This document shows, one piece after another, positions 25,001 through 38,810 of a stretch of DNA of 64,000 nucleotides (its first letter is position 1; every line of letters begins with the position of its first letter). A model generated the notes under the pieces. It worked only from the letters and a program-made list of their open reading frames with translations, did not search any database and was not told where the DNA came from. The position numbers were made by a program, and so were the translations under genes. This DNA comes from a virus (Duplodnaviria; Heunggongvirae; Uroviricota; Caudoviricetes), in the IMG/VR virus record IMGVR_UViG_2687453424_000001, one strand, 5' to 3'.

Positions 25001-27718
25001 NNNNNNNNNNNNNNNNNNNNNNNNNNNNNNNNNNNNNNNNNNNNNNNNNNNNNNNNNNNNNNNNNNNNNNNNNNNNNNNNNNNNNNNNNNNNNNNNNNNN
25101 NNNNNNNNNNNNNNNNNNNNNNNNNNNNNNNNNNNNNNNNNNNNNNNNNNNNNNNNNNNNNNNNNNNNNNNNNNNNNNNNNNNNNNNNNNNNNNNNNNNN
25201 NNNNNNNNNNNNNNNNNNNNNNNNNNNNNNNNNNNNNNNNNNNNNNNNNNNNNNNNNNNNNNNNNNNNNNNNNNNNNNNNNNNNNNNNNNNNNNNNNNNN
25301 NNNNNNNNNNNNNNNNNNNNNNNNNNNNNNNNNNNNNNNNNNNNNNNNNNNNNNNNNNNNNNNNNNNNNNNNNNNNNNNNNNNNNNNNNNNNNNNNNNNN
25401 NNNNNNNNNNNNNNNNNNNNNNNNNNNNNNNNNNNNNNNNNNNNNNNNNNNNNNNNNNNNNNNNNNNNNNNNNNNNNNNNNNNNNNNNNNNNNNNNNNNN
25501 NNNNNNNNNNNNNNNNNNNNNNNNNNNNNNNNNNNNNNNNNNNNNNNNNNNNNNNNNNNNNNNNNNNNNNNNNNNNNNNNNNNNNNNNNNNNNNNNNNNN
25601 NNNNNNNNNNNNNNNNNNNNNNNNNNNNNNNNNNNNNNNNNNNNNNNNNNNNNNNNNNNNNNNNNNNNNNNNNNNNNNNNNNNNNNNNNNNNNNNNNNNN
25701 NNNNNNNNNNNNNNNNNNNNNNNNNNNNNNNNNNNNNNNNNNNNNNNNNNNNNNNNNNNNNNNNNNNNNNNNNNNNNNNNNNNNNNNNNNNNNNNNNNNN
25801 NNNNNNNNNNNNNNNNNNNNNNNNNNNNNNNNNNNNNNNNNNNNNNNNNNNNNNNNNNNNNNNNNNNNNNNNNNNNNNNNNNNNNNNNNNNNNNNNNNNN
25901 NNNNNNNNNNNNNNNNNNNNNNNNNNNNNNNNNNNNNNNNNNNNNNNNNNNNNNNNNNNNNNNNNNNNNNNNNNNNNNNNNNNNNNNNNNNNNNNNNNNN
26001 NNNNNNNNNNNNNNNNNNNNNNNNNNNNNNNNNNNNNNNNNNNNNNNNNNNNNNNNNNNNNNNNNNNNNNNNNNNNNNNNNNNNNNNNNNNNNNNNNNNN
26101 NNNNNNNNNNNNNNNNNNNNNNNNNNNNNNNNNNNNNNNNNNNNNNNNNNNNNNNNNNNNNNNNNNNNNNNNNNNNNNNNNNNNNNNNNNNNNNNNNNNN
26201 NNNNNNNNNNNNNNNNNNNNNNNNNNNNNNNNNNNNNNNNNNNNNNNNNNNNNNNNNNNNNNNNNNNNNNNNNNNNNNNNNNNNNNNNNNNNNNNNNNNN
26301 NNNNNNNNNNNNNNNNNNNNNNNNNNNNNNNNNNNNNNNNNNNNNNNNNNNNNNNNNNNNNNNNNNNNNNNNNNNNNNNNNNNNNNNNNNNNNNNNNNNN
26401 NNNNNNNNNNNNNNNNNNNNNNNNNNNNNNNNNNNNNNNNNNNNNNNNNNNNNNNNNNNNNNNNNNNNNNNNNNNNNNNNNNNNNNNNNNNNNNNNNNNN
26501 NNNNNNNNNNNNNNNNNNNNNNNNNNNNNNNNNNNNNNNNNNNNNNNNNNNNNNNNNNNNNNNNNNNNNNNNNNNNNNNNNNNNNNNNNNNNNNNNNNNN
26601 NNNNNNNNNNNNNNNNNNNNNNNNNNNNNNNNNNNNNNNNNNNNNNNNNNNNNNNNNNNNNNNNNNNNNNNNNNNNNNNNNNNNNNNNNNNNNNNNNNNN
26701 NNNNNNNNNNNNNNNNNNNNNNNNNNNNNNNNNNNNNNNNNNNNNNNNNNNNNNNNNNNNNNNNNNNNNNNNNNNNNNNNNNNNNNNNNNNNNNNNNNNN
26801 NNNNNNNNNNNNNNNNNNNNNNNNNNNNNNNNNNNNNNNNNNNNNNNNNNNNNNNNNNNNNNNNNNNNNNNNNNNNNNNNNNNNNNNNNNNNNNNNNNNN
26901 NNNNNNNNNNNNNNNNNNNNNNNNNNNNNNNNNNNNNNNNNNNNNNNNNNNNNNNNNNNNNNNNNNNNNNNNNNNNNNNNNNNNNNNNNNNNNNNNNNNN
27001 NNNNNNNNNNNNNNNNNNNNNNNNNNNNNNNNNNNNNNNNNNNNNNNNNNNNNNNNNNNNNNNNNNNNNNNNNNNNNNNNNNNNNNNNNNNNNNNNNNNN
27101 NNNNNNNNNNNNNNNNNNNNNNNNNNNNNNNNNNNNNNNNNNNNNNNNNNNNNNNNNNNNNNNNNNNNNNNNNNNNNNNNNNNNNNNNNNNNNNNNNNNN
27201 NNNNNNNNNNNNNNNNNNNNNNNNNNNNNNNNNNNNNNNNNNNNNNNNNNNNNNNNNNNNNNNNNNNNNNNNNNNNNNNNNNNNNNNNNNNNNNNNNNNN
27301 NNNNNNNNNNNNNNNNNNNNNNNNNNNNNNNNNNNNNNNNNNNNNNNNNNNNNNNNNNNNNNNNNNNNNNNNNNNNNNNNNNNNNNNNNNNNNNNNNNNN
27401 NNNNNNNNNNNNNNNNNNNNNNNNNNNNNNNNNNNNNNNNNNNNNNNNNNNNNNNNNNNNNNNNNNNNNNNNNNNNNNNNNNNNNNNNNNNNNNNNNNNN
27501 NNNNNNNNNNNNNNNNNNNNNNNNNNNNNNNNNNNNNNNNNNNNNNNNNNNNNNNNNNNNNNNNNNNNNNNNNNNNNNNNNNNNNNNNNNNNNNNNNNNN
27601 NNNNNNNNNNNNNNNNNNNNNNNNNNNNNNNNNNNNNNNNNNNNNNNNNNNNNNNNNNNNNNNNNNNNNNNNNNNNNNNNNNNNNNNNNNNNNNNNNNNN
27701 NNNNNNNNNNNNNNNNNN
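22074..27718. other. N-run, 5645 nt
   Basis: Uninterrupted n characters. Confidence 1.
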
Positions 27719-27929
27719 GCACTGCAAGTGGAAGCAGTGGTCAAATGGGAAAGGACTCTTAGTGGCTCTGGACTAAGCTAGAAAGAGCTGAGAACTTCCA
27801 ACTGTATCAATACTCTTCCCATTTTCAGTCATCCGTAGAATACTTTATACGCCAAAGGAAAAATGTCAGCAGTGTTATACTAGGAAATAAAGAACACAGA
27901 CAAAAGGATTTTTGATGAGAAAATGAACA

Positions 27930-28470
27930 TGAGCCAGCTGTGTGCAGTCGCTTGGGGTATTGTGTGCAGTTCTGGTGTCCTCAACATCAAAAGGACATGG
28001 AACTGTTGGAGCAAGTCCAGAGGAGGGCCACAAGGATGATCAGGGGACTGGAGCACCTCCCATATGAAGACAGGCTGAGGAAGTTGGGGCTGTTCAGCCT
28101 GGAGAAGAGAAGGCTGCGTGGAGACCTCATAGCAGCCTTCCAGTATCTAAAGGAGGCCTATTAATATGCTGGAGAGGGCCTCTTCACTAGGGACTGTAGT
28201 GATAGGACAAGGGGTAACATGCTCAAACATAAACAGAGGAAGTTGAGATTGGATATAAGGAAGAAGTTCTTGACTGTAAGGGTGGTGAGGCACTGGAAGA
28301 GGTTGCCCAGGGAAGTCGTGAATGCTCCATCCCTGGCAGTGTTCAAGGCCATTTTGGATAGAGCCTTGGGTGACATGGTTTAGTGGGAGGTGTCCCTGCC
28401 CATAGCAGGGGGGTTGGAACTAGATGGTCTTAAGGTCCTTTTCAACCCTAACTATTCTATGATTCTACAA
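27930..28470 (+). mobile_element. CR1 LINE 3'-end fragment (ORF2 C-terminus plus 3' tail)
   Basis: ORF 27940..28164 reads [51 protein letters not shown]; the downstream frame reads RVVRHWKRLPREVVNAPSLAVFKAILDRALGDMV, and the sequence ends with a ggttggaactagatggtcttaaggtcc tail. Near-canonical CR1. Confidence 0.8.
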
Positions 28471-28584
28471 TTCTAAGGCCATGCCGAGCCTCTCTTGTGC
28501 AGCCCAGACTCATCCGAGTCAGAAGTACAAATAGTGAACTTTACAATCAAGTTGGAATTTATCTGCTATCCCTTGTGATTATCA

Positions 28585-28680
28585 GAGCTGGACAAAGCAC
28601 TGCTTCAGAGCAAACCTGACTCCCATCCAACCTGGCCTTGAACACTGCGAAGGATGGGGCAGCCACAGCTTCTCTGCTGG
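28585..28680. mobile_element. Avian interspersed repeat fragment (same family as 12125-12290)
   Basis: ccatccaacctggccttgaacactgcgaaggatggggcagccacagcttctctg. Confidence 0.4.
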
Positions 28681-28757
28681 TTAGGGTTCTCTGCTGGGTT
28701 AGGGTTAGGGTTAGGGTTTTAGGGGGTTAGGGCGTTAGGGGGTTAGGGCGTTAGGGT
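28681..28757 (+). repeat. Short degenerate (TTAGGG)n tract abutting vector sequence
   Basis: ttagggtt...gttagggttagggttagggttttagggggttagggcgttagggggttagggcgttagggt, immediately followed by lambda cos-fragment sequence. Confidence 0.8.
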
Positions 28758-29106
28758 AAAAAGCTCGCTTTCAGCACCTGTCGTTTCCTTTCTTTTCAGA
28801 GGGTATTTTAAATAAAAACATTAAGTTATGACGAAGAAGAACGGAAACGCCTTAAACCGGAAAATTTTCATAAATAGCGAAAACCCGCGAGGTCGCCGCC
28901 CCGTAACCTGTCGGATCACCGGAAAGGACCCGTAAAGTGATAATGATTATCATCTACATATCACAACGTGCGTGGAGGCCATCAAACCACGTCAAATAAT
29001 CAATTATGACGCAGGTATCGTATTAATTGATCTGCATCAACTTAACGTAAAAACAACTTCAGACAATACAAATCAGCGACACTGAATACGGGGCAACCTC
29101 ATGTCC
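28758..29106. other. cos: Bacteriophage lambda cos fragment of a cosmid/BAC vector (joined left and right lambda ends; cosN at ~28890-28901), followed by a SacI-NruI-SacI-SalI linker at 29107-29126
   Basis: Reverse complement of the lambda left end (GGGCGGCGACCTCGCGGGTTTTCGCTATTTATGAAAATTTTCCGG...GCTGAAAGCGAGCTTTTT) joined to the lambda right end (...CCGACAGGTTACG). The right-arm part ends ...ACGGGGCAACCTCATGTCC and is followed by gagctcgcgagctcgtcgac, as in F-based BAC/fosmid vectors. Confidence 0.85.
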
Positions 29107-29349
29107 GAGCTCGCGAGCTCGTCGACAGCGACACACTTGCATCGGATGCAGCCCGGTTAACGTGCCGGCACGGCCTGGGTAACCAGGTATTTTGTCCACA
29201 TAACCGTGCGCAAAATGTTGTGGATAAGCAGGACACAGCAGCAATCCACAGCAGGCATACAACCGCACACCGAGGTTACTCCGTTCTACAGGTTACGACG
29301 ACATGTCAATACTTGCCCTTGACAGGCATTGATGGAATCGTAGTCTCAC

Positions 29350-29435
29350 GCTGATAGTCTGATCGACAATACAAGTGGGACCGTGGTCCCAGACCGATAA
29401 TCAGACCGACAACACGAGTGGGATCGTGGTCCCAG
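29350..29435. repeat. sopC: sopC (parC) centromere-like 43-bp repeats, part before the N-run
   Basis: Units containing the inverted repeat tgggaccgtggtccca spaced by ~43 bp, the F-plasmid partition site. Confidence 0.8.
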
Positions 29436-32400
29436 NNNNNNNNNNNNNNNNNNNNNNNNNNNNNNNNNNNNNNNNNNNNNNNNNNNNNNNNNNNNNNNNN
29501 NNNNNNNNNNNNNNNNNNNNNNNNNNNNNNNNNNNNNNNNNNNNNNNNNNNNNNNNNNNNNNNNNNNNNNNNNNNNNNNNNNNNNNNNNNNNNNNNNNNN
29601 NNNNNNNNNNNNNNNNNNNNNNNNNNNNNNNNNNNNNNNNNNNNNNNNNNNNNNNNNNNNNNNNNNNNNNNNNNNNNNNNNNNNNNNNNNNNNNNNNNNN
29701 NNNNNNNNNNNNNNNNNNNNNNNNNNNNNNNNNNNNNNNNNNNNNNNNNNNNNNNNNNNNNNNNNNNNNNNNNNNNNNNNNNNNNNNNNNNNNNNNNNNN
29801 NNNNNNNNNNNNNNNNNNNNNNNNNNNNNNNNNNNNNNNNNNNNNNNNNNNNNNNNNNNNNNNNNNNNNNNNNNNNNNNNNNNNNNNNNNNNNNNNNNNN
29901 NNNNNNNNNNNNNNNNNNNNNNNNNNNNNNNNNNNNNNNNNNNNNNNNNNNNNNNNNNNNNNNNNNNNNNNNNNNNNNNNNNNNNNNNNNNNNNNNNNNN
30001 NNNNNNNNNNNNNNNNNNNNNNNNNNNNNNNNNNNNNNNNNNNNNNNNNNNNNNNNNNNNNNNNNNNNNNNNNNNNNNNNNNNNNNNNNNNNNNNNNNNN
30101 NNNNNNNNNNNNNNNNNNNNNNNNNNNNNNNNNNNNNNNNNNNNNNNNNNNNNNNNNNNNNNNNNNNNNNNNNNNNNNNNNNNNNNNNNNNNNNNNNNNN
30201 NNNNNNNNNNNNNNNNNNNNNNNNNNNNNNNNNNNNNNNNNNNNNNNNNNNNNNNNNNNNNNNNNNNNNNNNNNNNNNNNNNNNNNNNNNNNNNNNNNNN
30301 NNNNNNNNNNNNNNNNNNNNNNNNNNNNNNNNNNNNNNNNNNNNNNNNNNNNNNNNNNNNNNNNNNNNNNNNNNNNNNNNNNNNNNNNNNNNNNNNNNNN
30401 NNNNNNNNNNNNNNNNNNNNNNNNNNNNNNNNNNNNNNNNNNNNNNNNNNNNNNNNNNNNNNNNNNNNNNNNNNNNNNNNNNNNNNNNNNNNNNNNNNNN
30501 NNNNNNNNNNNNNNNNNNNNNNNNNNNNNNNNNNNNNNNNNNNNNNNNNNNNNNNNNNNNNNNNNNNNNNNNNNNNNNNNNNNNNNNNNNNNNNNNNNNN
30601 NNNNNNNNNNNNNNNNNNNNNNNNNNNNNNNNNNNNNNNNNNNNNNNNNNNNNNNNNNNNNNNNNNNNNNNNNNNNNNNNNNNNNNNNNNNNNNNNNNNN
30701 NNNNNNNNNNNNNNNNNNNNNNNNNNNNNNNNNNNNNNNNNNNNNNNNNNNNNNNNNNNNNNNNNNNNNNNNNNNNNNNNNNNNNNNNNNNNNNNNNNNN
30801 NNNNNNNNNNNNNNNNNNNNNNNNNNNNNNNNNNNNNNNNNNNNNNNNNNNNNNNNNNNNNNNNNNNNNNNNNNNNNNNNNNNNNNNNNNNNNNNNNNNN
30901 NNNNNNNNNNNNNNNNNNNNNNNNNNNNNNNNNNNNNNNNNNNNNNNNNNNNNNNNNNNNNNNNNNNNNNNNNNNNNNNNNNNNNNNNNNNNNNNNNNNN
31001 NNNNNNNNNNNNNNNNNNNNNNNNNNNNNNNNNNNNNNNNNNNNNNNNNNNNNNNNNNNNNNNNNNNNNNNNNNNNNNNNNNNNNNNNNNNNNNNNNNNN
31101 NNNNNNNNNNNNNNNNNNNNNNNNNNNNNNNNNNNNNNNNNNNNNNNNNNNNNNNNNNNNNNNNNNNNNNNNNNNNNNNNNNNNNNNNNNNNNNNNNNNN
31201 NNNNNNNNNNNNNNNNNNNNNNNNNNNNNNNNNNNNNNNNNNNNNNNNNNNNNNNNNNNNNNNNNNNNNNNNNNNNNNNNNNNNNNNNNNNNNNNNNNNN
31301 NNNNNNNNNNNNNNNNNNNNNNNNNNNNNNNNNNNNNNNNNNNNNNNNNNNNNNNNNNNNNNNNNNNNNNNNNNNNNNNNNNNNNNNNNNNNNNNNNNNN
31401 NNNNNNNNNNNNNNNNNNNNNNNNNNNNNNNNNNNNNNNNNNNNNNNNNNNNNNNNNNNNNNNNNNNNNNNNNNNNNNNNNNNNNNNNNNNNNNNNNNNN
31501 NNNNNNNNNNNNNNNNNNNNNNNNNNNNNNNNNNNNNNNNNNNNNNNNNNNNNNNNNNNNNNNNNNNNNNNNNNNNNNNNNNNNNNNNNNNNNNNNNNNN
31601 NNNNNNNNNNNNNNNNNNNNNNNNNNNNNNNNNNNNNNNNNNNNNNNNNNNNNNNNNNNNNNNNNNNNNNNNNNNNNNNNNNNNNNNNNNNNNNNNNNNN
31701 NNNNNNNNNNNNNNNNNNNNNNNNNNNNNNNNNNNNNNNNNNNNNNNNNNNNNNNNNNNNNNNNNNNNNNNNNNNNNNNNNNNNNNNNNNNNNNNNNNNN
31801 NNNNNNNNNNNNNNNNNNNNNNNNNNNNNNNNNNNNNNNNNNNNNNNNNNNNNNNNNNNNNNNNNNNNNNNNNNNNNNNNNNNNNNNNNNNNNNNNNNNN
31901 NNNNNNNNNNNNNNNNNNNNNNNNNNNNNNNNNNNNNNNNNNNNNNNNNNNNNNNNNNNNNNNNNNNNNNNNNNNNNNNNNNNNNNNNNNNNNNNNNNNN
32001 NNNNNNNNNNNNNNNNNNNNNNNNNNNNNNNNNNNNNNNNNNNNNNNNNNNNNNNNNNNNNNNNNNNNNNNNNNNNNNNNNNNNNNNNNNNNNNNNNNNN
32101 NNNNNNNNNNNNNNNNNNNNNNNNNNNNNNNNNNNNNNNNNNNNNNNNNNNNNNNNNNNNNNNNNNNNNNNNNNNNNNNNNNNNNNNNNNNNNNNNNNNN
32201 NNNNNNNNNNNNNNNNNNNNNNNNNNNNNNNNNNNNNNNNNNNNNNNNNNNNNNNNNNNNNNNNNNNNNNNNNNNNNNNNNNNNNNNNNNNNNNNNNNNN
32301 NNNNNNNNNNNNNNNNNNNNNNNNNNNNNNNNNNNNNNNNNNNNNNNNNNNNNNNNNNNNNNNNNNNNNNNNNNNNNNNNNNNNNNNNNNNNNNNNNNNN

Positions 32401-33845
32401 NNNNNNNNNNNNNNNNNNNNNNNNNNNNNNNNNNNNNNNNNNNNNNNNNNNNNNNNNNNNNNNNNNNNNNNNNNNNNNNNNNNNNNNNNNNNNNNNNNNN
32501 NNNNNNNNNNNNNNNNNNNNNNNNNNNNNNNNNNNNNNNNNNNNNNNNNNNNNNNNNNNNNNNNNNNNNNNNNNNNNNNNNNNNNNNNNNNNNNNNNNNN
32601 NNNNNNNNNNNNNNNNNNNNNNNNNNNNNNNNNNNNNNNNNNNNNNNNNNNNNNNNNNNNNNNNNNNNNNNNNNNNNNNNNNNNNNNNNNNNNNNNNNNN
32701 NNNNNNNNNNNNNNNNNNNNNNNNNNNNNNNNNNNNNNNNNNNNNNNNNNNNNNNNNNNNNNNNNNNNNNNNNNNNNNNNNNNNNNNNNNNNNNNNNNNN
32801 NNNNNNNNNNNNNNNNNNNNNNNNNNNNNNNNNNNNNNNNNNNNNNNNNNNNNNNNNNNNNNNNNNNNNNNNNNNNNNNNNNNNNNNNNNNNNNNNNNNN
32901 NNNNNNNNNNNNNNNNNNNNNNNNNNNNNNNNNNNNNNNNNNNNNNNNNNNNNNNNNNNNNNNNNNNNNNNNNNNNNNNNNNNNNNNNNNNNNNNNNNNN
33001 NNNNNNNNNNNNNNNNNNNNNNNNNNNNNNNNNNNNNNNNNNNNNNNNNNNNNNNNNNNNNNNNNNNNNNNNNNNNNNNNNNNNNNNNNNNNNNNNNNNN
33101 NNNNNNNNNNNNNNNNNNNNNNNNNNNNNNNNNNNNNNNNNNNNNNNNNNNNNNNNNNNNNNNNNNNNNNNNNNNNNNNNNNNNNNNNNNNNNNNNNNNN
33201 NNNNNNNNNNNNNNNNNNNNNNNNNNNNNNNNNNNNNNNNNNNNNNNNNNNNNNNNNNNNNNNNNNNNNNNNNNNNNNNNNNNNNNNNNNNNNNNNNNNN
33301 NNNNNNNNNNNNNNNNNNNNNNNNNNNNNNNNNNNNNNNNNNNNNNNNNNNNNNNNNNNNNNNNNNNNNNNNNNNNNNNNNNNNNNNNNNNNNNNNNNNN
33401 NNNNNNNNNNNNNNNNNNNNNNNNNNNNNNNNNNNNNNNNNNNNNNNNNNNNNNNNNNNNNNNNNNNNNNNNNNNNNNNNNNNNNNNNNNNNNNNNNNNN
33501 NNNNNNNNNNNNNNNNNNNNNNNNNNNNNNNNNNNNNNNNNNNNNNNNNNNNNNNNNNNNNNNNNNNNNNNNNNNNNNNNNNNNNNNNNNNNNNNNNNNN
33601 NNNNNNNNNNNNNNNNNNNNNNNNNNNNNNNNNNNNNNNNNNNNNNNNNNNNNNNNNNNNNNNNNNNNNNNNNNNNNNNNNNNNNNNNNNNNNNNNNNNN
33701 NNNNNNNNNNNNNNNNNNNNNNNNNNNNNNNNNNNNNNNNNNNNNNNNNNNNNNNNNNNNNNNNNNNNNNNNNNNNNNNNNNNNNNNNNNNNNNNNNNNN
33801 NNNNNNNNNNNNNNNNNNNNNNNNNNNNNNNNNNNNNNNNNNNNN
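29436..33845. other. N-run, 4410 nt, lying inside the sopC repeat array
   Basis: Uninterrupted n characters with sopC repeats on both flanks. Confidence 1.
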
Positions 33846-34020
33846 TCTGATTATCAGACCGACGATACGAGTGGGACCGTGGTCCCAGACTAATAATCAG
33901 ACCGACGATACGAGTGGGACCGTGGTCCCAGACTAATAATCAGACCGACGATACGAGTGGGACCGTGGTCCCAGTCTGATTATCAGACCGACGATACAAG
34001 TGGAACAGTGGGCCCAGAGA
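33846..34020. repeat. sopC: sopC (parC) 43-bp repeats, part after the N-run
   Basis: Three to four units of cagaccgacgatacgagtgggaccgtggtcccagactaataat. Confidence 0.85.
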
Positions 34021-34105
34021 GAATATTCAGGCCAGTTATGCTTTCTGGCCTGTAACAAAGGACATTAAGTAAAGACAGATAAACGTAGACTAAAACGTGG
34101 TCGCA

Positions 34106-35077
34106 TCAGGGTGCTGGCTTTTCAAGTTCCTTAAGAATGGCCTCAATTTTCTCTATACACTCAGTTGGAACACGAGACCTGTCCAGGTTAAGCACCATTT
34201 TATCGCCCTTATACAATACTGTCGCTCCAGGAGCAAACTGATGTCGTGAGCTTAAACTAGTTCTTGATGCAGATGACGTTTTAAGCACAGAAGTTAAAAG
34301 AGTGATAACTTCTTCAGCTTCAAATATCACCCCAGCTTTTTTCTGCTCATGAAGGTTAGATGCCTGCTGCTTAAGTAATTCCTCTTTATCTGTAAAGGCT
34401 TTTTGAAGTGCATCACCTGACCGGGCAGATAGTTCACCGGGGTGAGAAAAAAGAGCAACAACTGATTTAGGCAATTTGGCGGTGTTGATACAGCGGGTAA
34501 TAATCTTACGTGAAATATTTTCCGCATCAGCCAGCGCAGAAATATTTCCAGCAAATTCATTCTGCAATCGGCTTGCATAACGCTGACCACGTTCATAAGC
34601 ACTTGTTGGGCGATAATCGTTACCCAATCTGGATAATGCAGCCATCTGCTCATCATCCAGCTCGCCAACCAGAACACGATAATCACTTTCGGTAAGTGCA
34701 GCAGCTTTACGACGGCGACTCCCATCGGCAATTTCTATGACACCAGATACTCTTCGACCGAACGCCGGTGTCTGTTGACCAGTCAGTAGAAAAGAAGGGA
34801 TGAGATCATCCAGTGCGTCCTCAGTAAGCAGCTCCTGGTCACGTTCATTACCTGACCATACCCGAGAGGTCTTCTCAACACTATCACCCCGGAGCACTTC
34901 AAGAGTAAACTTCACATCCCGACCACATACAGGCAAAGTAATGGCATTACCGCGAGCCATTACTCCTACGCGCGCAATTAACGAATCCACCATCGGGGCA
35001 GCTGGTGTCGATAACGAAGTATCTTCAACCGGTTGAGTATTGAGCGTATGTTTTGGAATAACAGGCGCACGCTTCAT
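34106..35077 (-). CDS. sopB: F-plasmid partition protein SopB (ParB), 323 aa
   Basis: Full-length ORF whose translation I recognise as F SopB ([22 protein letters not shown]...). The start overlaps the sopA stop by 1 nt (taATG), as in F. Confidence 0.95.
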
Positions 35078-36252
35078 TATCTAATCTCCCAGCGTGGTTT
35101 AATCAGACGATCGAAAATTTCATTGCAGACAGGTTCCCAAATAGAAAGAGCATTTCTCCAGGCACCAGTTGAAGAGCGTTGATCAATGGCCTGTTCAAAA
35201 ACAGTTCTCATCCGGATCTGACCTTTACCAACTTCATCCGTTTCACGTACAACATTTTTTAGAACCATGCTTCCCCAGGCATCCCGAATTTGCTCCTCCA
35301 TCCACGGGGACTGAGAGCCATTACTATTGCTGTATTTGGTAAGCAAAATACGTACATCAGGCTCGAACCCTTTAAGATCAACGTTCTTGAGCAGATCACG
35401 AAGCATATCGAAAAACTGCAGTGCGGAGGTGTAGTCAAACAACTCAGCAGGCGTGGGAACAATCAGCACATCAGCAGCACATACGACATTAATCGTGCCG
35501 ATACCCAGGTTAGGCGCGCTGTCAATAACTATGACATCATAGTCATGAGCAACAGTTTCAATGGCCAGTCGGAGCATCAGGTGTGGATCGGTGGGCAGTT
35601 TACCTTCATCAAATTTGCCCATTAACTCAGTTTCAATACGGTGCAGAGCCAGACAGGAAGGAATAATGTCAAGCCCCGGCCAGCAAGTGGGCTTTATTGC
35701 ATAAGTGACATCGTCCTTTTCCCCAAGATAGAAAGGCAGGAGAGTGTCTTCTGCATGAATATGAAGATCTGGTACCCATCCGTGATACATTGAGGCTGTT
35801 CCCTGGGGGTCGTTACCTTCCACGAGCAAAACACGTAGCCCCTTCAGAGCCAGATCCTGAGCAAGATGAACAGAAACTGAGGTTTTGTAAACGCCACCTT
35901 TATGGGCAGCAACCCCGATCACCGGTGGAAATACGTCTTCAGCACGTCGCAATCGCGTACCAAACACATCACGCATATGATTAATTTGTTCAATTGTATA
36001 ACCAACACGTTGCTCAACCCGTCCTCGAATTTCCATATCCGGGTGCGGTAGTCGCCCTGCTTTCTCGGCATCTCTGATAGCCTGAGAAGAAACCCCAACT
36101 AAATCCGCTGCTTCACCTATTCTCCAGCGCCGGGTTATTTTCCTCGCTTCCGGGCTGTCATCATTAAACTGTGCAATGGCGATAGCCTTCGTCATTTCAT
36201 GACCAGCGTTTATGCACTGGTTAAGTGTTTCCATGAGTTTCATTCTGAACAT
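35077..36252 (-). CDS. sopA: F-plasmid partition ATPase SopA (ParA), 391-aa ORF
   Basis: Translation matches F SopA, including the deviant Walker A motif ([19 protein letters not shown]). The annotated start may be the internal Met 3 codons downstream (MKLMETLNQ). Confidence 0.95.
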
Positions 36253-36559
36253 CCTTTAATCATTGCTTTGCGTTTTTTTATTAAATCTTGCAATTTACTG
36301 CAAAGCAACAACAAAATCGCAAAGTCATCAAAAAACCGCAAAGTTGTTTAAAATAAGAGCAACACTACAAAAGGAGATAAGAAGAGCACATACCTCAGTC
36401 ACTTATTATCACTAGCGCTCGCCGCAGCCGTGTAACCGAGCATAGCGAGCGAACTGGCGAGGAAGCAAAGAAGAACTGTTCTGTCAGATAGCTCTTACGC
36501 TCAGCGCAAGAAGAAATATCCACCGTGGGAAAAACTCCAGGTAGAGGTACACACGCGGA

Positions 36560-36830
36560 TAGCCAATTCAGAGTAATAAACTGTGATAATCAACCCTCAT
36601 CAATGATGACGAACTAACCCCCGATATCAGGTCACATGACGAAGGGAAAGAGAAGGAAATCAACTGTGACAAACTGCCCTCAAATTTGGCTTCCTTAAAA
36701 ATTACAGTTCAAAAAGTATGAGAAAATCCATGCAGGCTGAAGGAAACAGCAAAACTGTGACAAATTACCCTCAGTAGGTCAGAACAAATGTGACGAACCA
36801 CCCTCAAATCTGTGACAGATAACCCTCAGA
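36560..36830. promoter_or_regulatory. incC: incC iteron region of the F replicon (RepE-binding direct repeats)
   Basis: Repeated tgtgaca(a/g)a(c/t)(t/c)(g/a)ccctca(a/g) elements between sopA and repE (e.g. tgtgacaaactgccctcaaat, tgtgacaaattaccctcag, tgtgacgaaccaccctcaaat, tgtgacagataaccctcag). Confidence 0.75.
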
Positions 36831-37900
<1,070 letters not shown>

Positions 37901-38359
37901 GTTTTTTCAGGCATCGTGTGTAAGCAGAATATATAAGTGCTGTTCCCTGGTGCTTCCTCGCTCACTCGAGGGCTTCGCCCTGTCGCTCGACTGCGGCGAG
38001 CACTACTGGCTGTAAAAGGACAGACCACATCATGGTTCTGTGTTCATTAGGTTGTTCTGTCCATTGCTGACATAATCCGCTCCACTTCAACGTAACACCG
38101 CACGAAGATTTCTATTGTTCCTGAAGGCATATTCAAATCGTTTTCGTTACCGCTTGCAGGCATCATGACAGAACACTACTTCCTATAAACGCTACACAGG
38201 CTCCTGAGATTAATAATGCGGATCTCTACGATAATGGGAGATTTTCCCGACTGTTTCGTTCGCTTCTCAGTGGATAACAGCCAGCTTCTCTGTTTAACAG
38301 ACAAAAACAGCATATCCACTCAGTTCCACATTTCCATATAAAGGCCAAGGCATTTATTC

Positions 38360-38810
38360 TCAGGATAATTGTTTCAGCATCGCAACCGCATCAGACTCCG
38401 GCATCGCAAACTGCACCCGGTGCCGGGCAGCCACATCCAGCGCAAAAACCTTCGTGTAGACTTCCGTTGAACTGATGGACTTATGTCCCATCAGGCTTTG
38501 CAGAACTTTCAGCGGTATACCGGCATACAGCATGTGCATCGCATAGGAATGGCGGAACGTATGTGGTGTGACCGGAACAGAGAACGTCACACCGTCAGCA
38601 GCAGCGGCGGCAACCGCCTCCCCAATCCAGGTCCTGACCGTTCTGTCCGTCACTTCCCAGATCCGCGCTTTCTCTGTCCTTCCTGTGCGACGGTTACGCC
38701 GCTCCATGAGCTTATCGCGAATAAATACCTGTGACGGAAGATCACTTCGCAGAATAAATAAATCCTGGTGTCCCTGTTGATACCGGGAAGCCCTGGGCCA
38801 ACTTTTGGCG
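38360..38810 (-). CDS. resD: Tyrosine site-specific recombinase ResD (labelled redF in BAC vector maps), C-terminal ~150 aa only; N-terminus lost in N-run
   Basis: Visible translation ...VTPHTFRHSYAMHMLYAGIPLKVLQSLMGHKSISSTEVYTKVF... carries tyrosine-recombinase box II (HxxR) and the catalytic Tyr context; its position beside ori2 fits the F/BAC backbone. Confidence 0.8.

Noticed and set aside
21687-28757. The two (TTAGGG)n tracts as true chromosome ends
   Set aside because: Both are short and degenerate, and both are followed by further sequence (unique DNA at 22019, vector at 28758); they are interstitial tracts or assembly joins, not telomeres.
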